Of a DNA stretch of 64,000 nucleotides, positions 28,434 through 37,541 are shown piece after piece. The stretch is from an uncultured Bacteroidales bacterium (lineage in GTDB: Bacteria > Bacteroidota > Bacteroidia > Bacteroidales > UBA7960): contig CAYVQC010000007.1 of assembly GCA_964453995.1 (NCBI GenBank), positions 16,815-80,814 on the forward strand. Reading direction: 5' to 3'. Positions within the stretch are counted from its first letter, which is position 1. Every line of letters starts with the position of its first letter. A program made the translations under genes and the position numbers. The notes beneath the pieces are model-generated. The model saw only the letters and a list, made by a program, of their open reading frames with translations. It did no database searches and was not told where the DNA came from.

Positions 28434-28931
28434 ATGAGAATAATCCTCCGGCAGGTAGTGCCAACAGATAACCTTGCGCTGGCCCGCATGATCCGGTTTG
28501 TTTTTGAAGAGCATGGTGCTCCTCAGCACGGTACTGTATATTCCGACCCCACCACCGATGCACTGTATGAGTTGTTTCGGCAACCAGGATCTGTTCTATG
28601 GGTTGCGGAGTTGAATGGTATGCCATTGGGCTGCTGCGGTATTTACCCTACCCCGGGGCTTGATGATGATTGCGCCGAACTGGTGAAGTTTTACCTTGCC
28701 GGCGAGGCCCGGGGGAGAGGTACTGGCAGGGCACTGATGCAGAAATGTGTCGATTCTGCTCGCGAAATGGGCTATTCCAGGTTGTATATTGAAAGTCTCC
28801 CGGAGTTTTCGAAGGCCGTGCGAATTTATGAAAAGATTGGTTTTAAATATCTTGACCAGCCACTGATCCAGTCAGAACATCCATCGTGTACCATCTGGAT
28901 GGTTAAGGAGCTTTCAAAAAAGACAATCTAA
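28434..28931 (+). CDS. GNAT family N-acetyltransferase
   Basis: 165 aa. The acetyl-CoA motif A is ARGRGTGRALM. Confidence 0.8.
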   Translation: MRIILRQVVPTDNLALARMIRFVFEEHGAPQHGTVYSDPTTDALYELFRQPGSVLWVAELNGMPLGCCGIYPTPGLDDDCAELVKFYLAGEARGRGTGRALMQKCVDSAREMGYSRLYIESLPEFSKAVRIYEKIGFKYLDQPLIQSEHPSCTIWMVKELSKKTI

Positions 28932-29256
28932 ACTGTTTAATCAACATAAACCAATACTCTTTTGTGAGGCTAAAAGCCCTGGATTTGCCCCATTTCAAAA
29001 AGTCCGTCAGCTAAAAGCATACGGCAAGGTTAAGTGCATGGCTCCTATCCATAGGCGTAGTCTTGAGCAACAAATAATGCGCTACATAATTAAGGGCCTT
29101 CAGCCCGCAAGGAGAGCAAGAGAGCAATCTTTCAGATATTTGCCCTGCAAAACAGCAATTGTGTTGTACAAAAAGCCAGGGTTTCATTTTGGTTCCTTTA
29201 AAAACTAATGTATCTTCATTGATGTTTACAGTGTTGTTATTTCAAATACCGTTAAC

Positions 29257-29955
29257 ATGAAAAAGCTTTTTCCCACATTCATCTTATTATTTCTTTATAC
29301 TTTTGGTTGCCAATCGGAAGAAATGAAGCCTAAGGAAGAAATACAACCTGTAAAATACCTTGCTCTGGGTGATTCTTACACCATAGGGGAGGGGGTTGCA
29401 GGTCATGAACGTTACCCGATGCAGCTGCAGGATAGTCTGCACGAAGCTGGCTACCGCATTGATACCGTGCAGATCATCGCCCGCACGGGCTGGACTACCG
29501 ACGAGCTTTCTGCTGCTATGGACAATGTCGTTTTTCAAGACCCCTACCATCTGGTTACTCTTCTCATTGGTGTTAACAACCAATACCGGGGACGCAGTGC
29601 CGAAAGTTACAGGCCCGAATTCGCGGCATTGCTGCAAAGAGCCATTGCCCTTGCCGGAGGCGATACAGCCAGGGTGGTTGTTCTTTCTATTCCCGATTGG
29701 GGGGTAACTCCCTTTGCCGAGGGCCGCGACAGGGAGCAAATCGCCCTTGAAATTGACCAATACAATGCTGTAAACAGGGAAGAAGCCGAAAAGGCTGGTG
29801 TAGCATACATCAATATAACCCCTGTTTCAAGAGAGGCTGCCCACCTGCCCGAATTGCTCGCTCCTGATGGTTTGCATCCTTCAGGGCTGATGTATCGCTA
29901 TTGGGTGGAAATGCTTCTTCCCATTGCCACTGACATTCTCAACGAAAACCAATAA
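29257..29955 (+). CDS. SGNH/GDSL hydrolase lipoprotein
   Basis: The lipobox is YTFG-C. Block I is YLALGDSYTIGEG, block III is GVNN, and the C-terminal block is DGLHPS. Confidence 0.8.
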   Translation: MKKLFPTFILLFLYTFGCQSEEMKPKEEIQPVKYLALGDSYTIGEGVAGHERYPMQLQDSLHEAGYRIDTVQIIARTGWTTDELSAAMDNVVFQDPYHLVTLLIGVNNQYRGRSAESYRPEFAALLQRAIALAGGDTARVVVLSIPDWGVTPFAEGRDREQIALEIDQYNAVNREEAEKAGVAYINITPVSREAAHLPELLAPDGLHPSGLMYRYWVEMLLPIATDILNENQ

Positions 29956-29961
29956 GACCTT

Positions 29962-31239
29962 ATGCATGTAACCGATCCTTCCTACGCCCGCCAGCTGGAC
30001 CAACAGGATACTCTTAAGAACTTCAGGGATAGATTTGTAAAAAACGATCCACGATTGATTTACCTTGATGGCAATTCCCTTGGCATGTTGCCTGACAAAA
30101 CCGGAAAGCACCTCAAAGATGTAGTAGAGCAAGAGTGGGGCAGAGGGCTTATAAGCAGCTGGAACAAAGGATGGTATGACAGGTCGCAACAAACGTCAGC
30201 ATTGCTGGCCGCACTCATAGGAGCCCAACCTGATGAGGTAATCATTTGCGACAGCACTTCAGTAAATCTTTTCAAACTTGCCTTTGCAGCACTGAAGGTC
30301 CAGGAAGGACGCACCGGGATTGTAAGTGACAACCTCAATTTTCCCTCCGATATTTATCTGTTGCAGGGCCTGGTAGAACTATTTGGACACCAACACACCC
30401 TGCACCTGGCAGAAAGCCATGATGACATAGGGGTAGATATGAAAACCCTTGAAAATCTTTTGGGAGAGGATACTGCACTGGCTACCTTTTCGCATGTGGC
30501 TTTCAAGAGTTCCTTTATGTATAATATGAAGGAGGTGACCCGCCTGGCTCATAAAAAGGGAGCCCTGGTATTGTGGGATCTGAGCCATTCAACAGGAGCA
30601 GTACCTGTAGATCTTGGTGGCTCTGATGCTGATCTTGCCATAGGGTGCACTTATAAATACCTTAATGGTGGGCCAGGTGCCCCGGCATTTCTTTACGTGC
30701 GCAAAGACCTGCAGCAAAAACTGAAATCTCCCATCTGGGGATGGTTTGGGCAGGATAACCCGTTTGATTTTAAGTTGGAATACTCTCCTGCGCCGGGCAT
30801 AGAACGTTTTCTTGCCGGAACTCCGCCCGTTCTTTCTCTCTCAGCCCTTTTTCCTGCCCTGGAAATTGCTGAGGAGGCAGGGATGGCTGCCATCCGCGAA
30901 AAGAGCATTCAACAATCCACATATCTTATACAACTGGCCGATGAGGTCCTGGCACCGCTGGGTTTTCGTGTGGCTTCTCCCCGCAATGCGCACGTGCGCG
31001 GATCTCATGTTTCCCTCGGCCATGAAGAAGCCTATCGTATTTGCAAGGCACTCATTGACCAAAATACTGGTAATTGGGTGGTAATACCCGATTTTCGTGA
31101 ACCCGACAATATTCGCCTGGGCATTGCACCATTGTACAATTCTTTCTCTGATATTTTTTATGCCATAATGGAAATGAAAAATATTGTGGAGCAAAGATGG
31201 TATGAAAAGTTTGCCCTAAACAAGGAGAAGGTTACCTGA
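29962..31239 (+). CDS. kynU: Kynureninase
   Basis: Motifs are YLDGNSLG and the PLP-lysine region GCTYKYLNGGPGAPAFLYV, which is the kynureninase signature. It starts 6 nt after the SGNH gene stop. Confidence 0.85.
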   Translation: MHVTDPSYARQLDQQDTLKNFRDRFVKNDPRLIYLDGNSLGMLPDKTGKHLKDVVEQEWGRGLISSWNKGWYDRSQQTSALLAALIGAQPDEVIICDSTSVNLFKLAFAALKVQEGRTGIVSDNLNFPSDIYLLQGLVELFGHQHTLHLAESHDDIGVDMKTLENLLGEDTALATFSHVAFKSSFMYNMKEVTRLAHKKGALVLWDLSHSTGAVPVDLGGSDADLAIGCTYKYLNGGPGAPAFLYVRKDLQQKLKSPIWGWFGQDNPFDFKLEYSPAPGIERFLAGTPPVLSLSALFPALEIAEEAGMAAIREKSIQQSTYLIQLADEVLAPLGFRVASPRNAHVRGSHVSLGHEEAYRICKALIDQNTGNWVVIPDFREPDNIRLGIAPLYNSFSDIFYAIMEMKNIVEQRWYEKFALNKEKVT

Positions 31240-31334
31240 ACAGGAGATTTTGTTTTATCTTTTTATTACAGGCAAAAAAACCACCGCTGTGCAAACAGCG
31301 ATGGTTGGTGATTAGTCAATTATAAAAGCAAACT

Positions 31335-32672
31335 TTATTTGATGTTTTCACTTTCGGGCAATCCAAACTCTTCCACCATCCTGATGTCCATATCTTCCAG
31401 TTTGTCGAGTATGGGATTGTAGATACCAGGAATTACGGGTATATGAACACCTTTCTCTTTGATATCGCCACTGAGTATCATTTCCACTCCTATGGCAGCA
31501 GGCAATGCCACAGTGCGGGCCACCGCTGTATTGGTAGTAAATGATCCGAAATCGAGCATGGAAGACTTGATTACTTCTTTGTTGCCATCAGGATAGGCGG
31601 CAAGAAATACGTGTTGCATAGCCACCATGTCTCTTTCCTCACATCCCAGTTCCATTTTTTCAATCATCAGATCAGAAGTAATCTCAAAGGGAGTATCCTG
31701 TTGCCGGTTCATGGGGGTTGAATCGAAAAGTCCCAGCCATTCTATGGCTTTAATGGCATGTGAATCTTCAGGTATGCCCAGGTAGTCAGCAGCTTTTTGC
31801 TTAATATTCTCAGCAGATTTTTCACCAATAAGCATAGCGATCATATCGGCATAGGTTCTGGCTGTAAAATCATATGTATCGCTGGTAAGGAGTTTAAGGC
31901 CTTTAATAGCATCTAGGCTTTCGCACCAGCCGGGATGGCGGAAGGTTCCCCGCATCATGGTTTTGGTTTCCGGGATTCCGTAAAGTTCTATGTATGGTAA
32001 GCTATCGCGGTTGGGGTATATTTCCAGTTTTCCTACTTGGGGAAAATCGACAGACAAAGGATCCTTAAAGAGGTCTTCTGTGGGTACTTCTACGATTTTG
32101 CCATGGCGCAGGTATTTTCCGTCATTGTTTCCGGCCATTACCACCCCTTTGGGGCTCCATGAGAATTTGTATTTGAAAGGATTATTGGCTGCTTCGGGTG
32201 CAGGCAATGCGCCGCAAATGGAGTAAAACTCCTCTATGCTTCCTCCTTTGCCATGCACATGGTCAATGATGCGCATTGCACTCATGTGGTCGATACCGGG
32301 GTCGAGGCCCAATTCGTTGAGGATGATAATACCTGCATCAATGGCATTTTGATGCAGAGCTTTCATTTCAGGCTTTACATAAGAGGTAGTAACCATGTTT
32401 TTTTTGTGGGCAATACATTTTTCAGCCACCATAATGTGGTGCACCCAGGGAAGAAGGCTCACGGTCAGATCATGCTCCCGGATCATATTATCAAGCTCGT
32501 GCTGCTGATCTACAGTCCATGAAACTGCTGTTCCATTAGGATGTTTGGCAATCATATCTTCAGCCTTGGATTTGGTTCGAGTGGCTACGGTAACCTGGTA
32601 ATTTTTTTCAAGCAAATAGGTGACGATGGGTTTAACTACCAATCCTGCACCCAGGATGAGAACTTTTTGCAT
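31335..32672 (-). CDS. Saccharopine dehydrogenase (SDH-domain homolog of AASS, glutamate-forming type)
   Basis: Motifs are VLILGAGLVVKP (Rossmann), ELGLDPGIDHMSAM and NPFKYKFSWSPKGV. The protein is collinear with the SDH half of eukaryotic alpha-aminoadipic semialdehyde synthase. Confidence 0.8.
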   Translation of the reverse strand: MQKVLILGAGLVVKPIVTYLLEKNYQVTVATRTKSKAEDMIAKHPNGTAVSWTVDQQHELDNMIREHDLTVSLLPWVHHIMVAEKCIAHKKNMVTTSYVKPEMKALHQNAIDAGIIILNELGLDPGIDHMSAMRIIDHVHGKGGSIEEFYSICGALPAPEAANNPFKYKFSWSPKGVVMAGNNDGKYLRHGKIVEVPTEDLFKDPLSVDFPQVGKLEIYPNRDSLPYIELYGIPETKTMMRGTFRHPGWCESLDAIKGLKLLTSDTYDFTARTYADMIAMLIGEKSAENIKQKAADYLGIPEDSHAIKAIEWLGLFDSTPMNRQQDTPFEITSDLMIEKMELGCEERDMVAMQHVFLAAYPDGNKEVIKSSMLDFGSFTTNTAVARTVALPAAIGVEMILSGDIKEKGVHIPVIPGIYNPILDKLEDMDIRMVEEFGLPESENIK

Positions 32673-32761
32673 AGGCTTAGTTTTGAATTTAAGGGAATTT
32701 TGATTGGATTTAAGATTGCATAATTATATAGGTTATTTTAATATGTGTAACTGTGGAATTA

Positions 32762-34072
32762 TTAAATATATTGATGAATGTATTCGTAGTCCGTTGTTAG
32801 TTTTCCTTTGTGCAGGATCATGGCCTTTTTGATGGCCTGTGGCAGTTTCAGCTGATCGAAAGAGTCACTATATTCAGCTTCGGCAATGGATTTGATAAAC
32901 CCAACAAGGGCATCGCCAAAAGCCTCTGAAGAATCCCTGGGCAACTCGCTCGGGAGGATGTCTACGGCCATTACGAGCAAGCCGTTGCCTTTAAATCCCA
33001 TGGTAGGTTTACCTGTTTCGGGGTTATAGACAAAAACAGGATCTTCTATTTCCGTTCCCTTGTGTGTAAATTCAATGGAACCATTGGGGTCGCAGGTTAC
33101 ATCGCCCACTACTTTTATTTTTGGTTCACCATTTTTATATAGATTTGAAACAAAGGCTTTGGTAAAGATTCTTGGATAGCGATCATCCCAGTACATACAG
33201 TTCATAAGAATAGTAAGATGAGGGATATATTGTTCAAAGTTATTTTCGTATTCTTCCGGATGCTGGTAATAGTGCTGAAGTTCGAAGGTTTGGTTGTTGT
33301 CTTTGGGTTTGCTGATGTGCTTTTCCTTGAATACGACCTTGTAGAGAACATTGTTTGGAAGGTCTTTTCTACGGGCCACATCGCCCAGCTCCTCAGGTGT
33401 AATTTCCTTAATAGGAAGCAATGCAGCAATCTCCTGTGCTCCCATGGAGACATTTCCATAGCCTGTAAAACCGATGGTAAGCGGGCTTAACGCTTCGGGA
33501 AGGCCGTTGCGGGCAATTTCCATTCCTACCGCAGAAATTTCCTTTTTGGCCTCATCGAGAGAATCGTATCGGCAAGACTGTTTGATCTTCAGGAAGGGAT
33601 TATTTTCAAAACCTTGCTCCTGAAGCCGTTGGCCCAGGCTCCACAGGGAGTTGATCATACCTGCCAATCCGGCGTATTTACCAAAAAAGATCAGGCGTTT
33701 GTTCTGATCATCAGCCACTTTTTCGTAATCTATCAGGTTGCAGCCCAACTCCATCATACGTTTCAGCATGGGCATATTGTATGGCTGCCCCTTTATTACG
33801 TGCGAAAAGAAAATGTAGGTTTTACCGGGTTCAAAATAATCTGCCGGTATTTCTTTCACACCCATGATCACAGGACAATCCCTGAGGTCAGCTGATACAG
33901 TTGCACCGGCTGCTTCATATTCGGCATCGCTGAAAATCCGTTTGGGCGATGATTGAACTACAAACTCAAGATGATGATTGTTGATGAGCTTTTTGATGTG
34001 TGTGGGTGTAAGGGGGGTGCGGCGTTCTGCAGTATACTTGTCTTCGTGCCTGATGCCAATTTTTACACTCAT
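32762..34072 (-). CDS. Lysine-ketoglutarate reductase-like (LKR-domain homolog of AASS)
   Basis: It is collinear with the human AASS N-terminal half. Matching pairs are [20 protein letters not shown] vs [37 protein letters not shown] vs [26 protein letters not shown] vs LIDYEKMVD, and [18 protein letters not shown] vs GPLTFVFTGTGNVSKGAQ. Confidence 0.8.
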   Translation of the reverse strand: [436 protein letters not shown]

Positions 34073-34112
34073 AACTTGCTTTGGTTTATCAATTACTACT
34101 TTTTTTCAAAGG

Positions 34113-34120
34113 GCAAACCT
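34113..34120 (-). promoter_or_regulatory. Candidate -7 box (TAGGTTTG on the minus strand) for the LKR/SDH genes
   Basis: The plus strand reads CAAACCTA, 41 nt upstream of the ATG at 34072. Confidence 0.45.
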
Positions 34121-34404
34121 ACATAATTTTTGTCAGTATTTGAACGCCCGAATGTGAAAATATTTTCGTAATAAATTATATCTGTTAAAAATATAACATC
34201 AGGTTTTTCTGTTTGCCAAAAAATCCTTTCTTCCAGTTTCAGGTTTCCCAATCATAAAACAGCGTAATAAATAAACTGCCCAATCACAACATGTAACAAA
34301 AGATGGTTACTATCAATTCCTGCCGGGTAATTGCATTTCATGCCTCCAGGAATATATTTGAGGCGGGAAAACAAGCAACATTTATACATTTTAGATCAAT
34401 TCCT

Positions 34405-34412
34405 TACCTTTG
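34405..34412 (+). promoter_or_regulatory. Candidate -7 box (TACCTTTG) for the HAD phosphatase gene
   Basis: Exact TAnnTTTG match, 38 nt upstream of the ATG at 34450. Confidence 0.45.
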
Positions 34413-34449
34413 CTGTCCTGCTGAATTTACTCCATTATAAGTGTAAAAC

Positions 34450-35238
34450 ATGATTCGACTGATAGCCACGGACCTTGACGGTACCTTACTTGATGATAAT
34501 AAAAATATTCACCCTTCCTTTTGGGAGATTCACAGAGAGCTTTCTCAAAAAGGTGTGAAATTTATTGCAGCCAGTGGCCGGCAGTATTATACATTGAAAA
34601 AGCAATTCGATCCTGTTTTGGATCAGATTATATTGCTTGCCGAGAACGGTACCTTCGTAAAACATGGCAGTGAGGAGCTCTTTGTAAACTCAATGCCCCT
34701 TGAAGATGCCCGCTTTTTCCTGCAAAAAGCCAGGAAGGTGCCCAATGCCGATGTGATCTTCTGCGGTAAGAATTCTGCTTATGTAGAAAGCGACAATAGC
34801 TCATTCTGGAAGGATGCAGTACAATATTACGAGAGGATAGAAAGAGTGGATGACCTGCTGGAAGTTGAAGATACCGTTCTCAAAGTTACCCTGTGGGATC
34901 ATGGCAGTGCTGAAGAAAACTCCTATAGGTATTTCCGAGAGTATGAAGGGCAGTTTAAGGTAGCTGTTGCCGGCGATGTGTGGCTCGACATTACCCATAA
35001 AAATGCCAGCAAAGGAATTGCCATTGCGAGGATACAACAGATGTACGGGATATCCCCCCGGGAAACACTGGTTTTTGGTGACTACCTTAATGATCTGGAC
35101 ATGATGGGAGCGGGCTATTACAGCTATGCCATGAAGAATGCCCATCCCAGGATTGCAGAGCTATCACGGTTTAAAACCCGCTTTGATAACAACAACAATG
35201 GTGTAGTGGAAACCATTAGGGAATTGTTTGGTATCTAA
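34450..35238 (+). CDS. Cof-type HAD-IIB phosphatase
   Basis: Motif I is IATDLDGTLL. The sequence continues AASGRQ and ends with the motif IV region VFGDYLNDLDM. Confidence 0.8.
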   Translation: MIRLIATDLDGTLLDDNKNIHPSFWEIHRELSQKGVKFIAASGRQYYTLKKQFDPVLDQIILLAENGTFVKHGSEELFVNSMPLEDARFFLQKARKVPNADVIFCGKNSAYVESDNSSFWKDAVQYYERIERVDDLLEVEDTVLKVTLWDHGSAEENSYRYFREYEGQFKVAVAGDVWLDITHKNASKGIAIARIQQMYGISPRETLVFGDYLNDLDMMGAGYYSYAMKNAHPRIAELSRFKTRFDNNNNGVVETIRELFGI

Positions 35239-35318
35239 GGCGTTGTTGTAGTGTAAATTATTGTCTGTCTTTTCTGATGGTGGCAAAATTTTTACCGAAT
35301 CAGATACCTTTCTCTCTT

Positions 35319-37265
35319 TTAATAATAAAACCAAATGTTCCTGTAGTCCCTTATATTCTCTCCCCGCGCAGCCAGTTCTTCAAGGTAGTCGTAAATGGGG
35401 ACATCCACATAATTGTAGGGAGGCACAGGCTGGATATTCTTTTCCCAGGGATGAAACTCATATACTCTGGCCCCGCTGGGCAGGATCATCACCAGGCGAT
35501 GGTCCTGCCAGGCCATGAGTTGGTTCTTACCCAATTTGGGAACATTAAAAACCGGTTCGTCGGTACGGTCGAGTCCTGGCAATAAGCGGGCCTCTTCTTT
35601 TCTTTCCTGCAGAATGCGGGCAATGGGTACCATATACCTGCGTGTTTCTTCTTTTCCCTTCATGTTAAAGGTGTAGTAGGGATCTACTCCAATGGCTTTA
35701 AGATCGAGACGTAGTTTTACGGTTTCAAACCGTCTTGAATTTTCCACCGTAAATACTTCCTGGTTGTAAACCATCATTCCGGCCTGGCGAATGCGTTGCA
35801 CTGCGGCCATGGCTTCGGGTGTAACTTCATAGTTGTGTATAAAGTGGGTAATGATACTGATCTGCCGTTTTCCGGGGATCTGGAAAGCAGCGATCATATC
35901 TACAAACTCCTTATTCCAGCGTTGGGGAAGCACTACGGGAGTTCTTGATCCCAGTCTGATACGGTAAACCTGCTTTTTTGAAGTGATCTGTGTGAGGATC
36001 TCTTTGAGCGTATTTGTGTTCATTACACAAGGGTCGCCGCCGGTAATAAGTACATCACCCACCGCCGGGTTTTCGTCCAGCCATTGCAGGGCATGCCTGA
36101 TCTCTTCTTTCAATGCCATTGCTTTGGGGTCGAGCACTTCATCAATTTCCCAGTTTCGCTGGCAGTAAACGCATATCTGTGCACAGGTATTATAAGGTTT
36201 TAAGATGGCAATTCCCGGATACCGACGGGTTACAAGGTCTACCGGAGATGTGTCGTGCTCACCCATGAAATCAAATTGAATCCCACGGTTTTCTTTACTT
36301 TCAATAAGTGCATCCACATAATCGGGTGGAGGAATTACCTGTGCGCGCACAGCGTGGTCATAGCCAATATTGAGCTTACTGTCCATCAGGCTCAGGTAAT
36401 AGGGCGTTATACCAAAAGGGATTTTGTTTTTTGCTGCCCGGTCTATGGCGTGGCGTTGCTCCTCAGTGAGCTCGATGAGCTCTATGAGGGGGGCTGCATC
36501 TTTGATCACATGCTTGAGATGCCATTGGTAGTTGTCCCAATCTTTTTCTTCGGCATTGAAATACTTCAGAATTCTTTTTTTGTTTGCTTTGCGCCAGTTT
36601 ATTACTTCTTCTTCCAGTCCGCTGGGATATTTGCGAAGGTACTTCTGCATATTGGAGGAGAGTTCATTGAGTATGCTGGTGCGTGCCTCCGATGCCGCCC
36701 TTCCTGATAACTGCAGAAAATCCGGGATTCCTTTTTTAGCTTGTTTGCTCTCGAAATAGATGTTTGACCGGCCTTCTATCCCCCTGAATAAGTTGATAAA
36801 CTCAAGGATAAAGCCAGGAGAAGCATTTGTATCGTTCTCAGTGCCATTTGTTTTTTGTTCTTTGCGGGCCAGTTTCAGCAACAGGTCAAGGGCTGAAAAT
36901 TCTGTACGGTATTCATTTACAGGGCCTATGATGCTTTTTAAAACCCTTATGGCTTCACGCACGGTTGATTTTTCAAGGATGTGCAGATCATTGTCAACAT
37001 CAAAGATTCTTCTTTCAGCTTTTTCCAGGTAGGAATAGATGCTTTCGCGTACACTTTCCAGGTCAGAGGCATTTTTCAGGATATCACTGATGGCAGGACT
37101 AGCCTCCCACAATCTCTCCAGGTAAGCATCAATGTTTACCTGGAACTTAGGTTTTACTGTGTCTACAGCATCGGTAAACACATCGTCAATGATCCTGGTT
37201 TGTAGTACCAATTTCTCTGGTTTTTGGGGAGAGGTTTTTTTTCGGGCGGTTTTTGGCTTTTGCAT
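35319..37265 (-). CDS. KamA-family (lysine 2,3-aminomutase-like) radical SAM protein, long form with a ~235-aa N-terminal extension
   Basis: The radical SAM cluster is C-AQI-C-VY-C (codons at 36162..36185). KamA N-terminal marks are DWDNYQWHLKHVI and ITPYYLSLMD. At 648 aa it is much longer than canonical KamA (about 416 aa). Confidence 0.8.
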   Translation of the reverse strand: MQKPKTARKKTSPQKPEKLVLQTRIIDDVFTDAVDTVKPKFQVNIDAYLERLWEASPAISDILKNASDLESVRESIYSYLEKAERRIFDVDNDLHILEKSTVREAIRVLKSIIGPVNEYRTEFSALDLLLKLARKEQKTNGTENDTNASPGFILEFINLFRGIEGRSNIYFESKQAKKGIPDFLQLSGRAASEARTSILNELSSNMQKYLRKYPSGLEEEVINWRKANKKRILKYFNAEEKDWDNYQWHLKHVIKDAAPLIELIELTEEQRHAIDRAAKNKIPFGITPYYLSLMDSKLNIGYDHAVRAQVIPPPDYVDALIESKENRGIQFDFMGEHDTSPVDLVTRRYPGIAILKPYNTCAQICVYCQRNWEIDEVLDPKAMALKEEIRHALQWLDENPAVGDVLITGGDPCVMNTNTLKEILTQITSKKQVYRIRLGSRTPVVLPQRWNKEFVDMIAAFQIPGKRQISIITHFIHNYEVTPEAMAAVQRIRQAGMMVYNQEVFTVENSRRFETVKLRLDLKAIGVDPYYTFNMKGKEETRRYMVPIARILQERKEEARLLPGLDRTDEPVFNVPKLGKNQLMAWQDHRLVMILPSGARVYEFHPWEKNIQPVPPYNYVDVPIYDYLEELAARGENIRDYRNIWFYY

Positions 37266-37410
37266 AACGGTAGGTTTGGTTTTTATTTGGCTTTTTATTG
37301 CCGGAGTTACAACCCGGGCTTGGTGGGCAAAGTACTAATTTTTTTACAAAATGGAAAGGAAAACCCTGATTATATTTCACTTAGACTGCAGGCAGGATGA
37401 GGATAAACAC

Positions 37411-37454
37411 AAAAACCCCATGACTATAATCTGCAAAATGCAGGAGCCATGGGG
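37411..37454 (-). terminator. Intrinsic terminator closing the T9SS cargo operon
   Basis: The minus-strand RNA reads CCCCAUG..(inner CUGCA-UUU-UGCAG)..CAUGGGG followed by UUUUUGUGUUU. It lies about 90 nt downstream of the PorP/SprF stop. Confidence 0.65.
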
Positions 37455-37541
37455 AATATTTTGAATGTATCTTTTTGCAAGATAATCCTGCCAGTGCTTA
37501 CAACTCGTTAACTGGCTTTTTTGCTAAAGATGCAGTAGATA

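Noticed and set aside
29257-31239. SGNH hydrolase 6 nt upstream of kynU as a non-orthologous kynurenine formamidase
   Set aside because: The SGNH protein has a lipoprotein signal (YTFG-C), so it is exported. A kynurenine-pathway formamidase should be cytoplasmic.
35261-35585. Two small plus-strand ORFs (85 and 102 aa) after the HAD gene
   Set aside because: They overlap the 3' end of the KamA-like gene on the opposite strand, have Pro/Gly/Ser-rich odd composition and have no promoter-like box.
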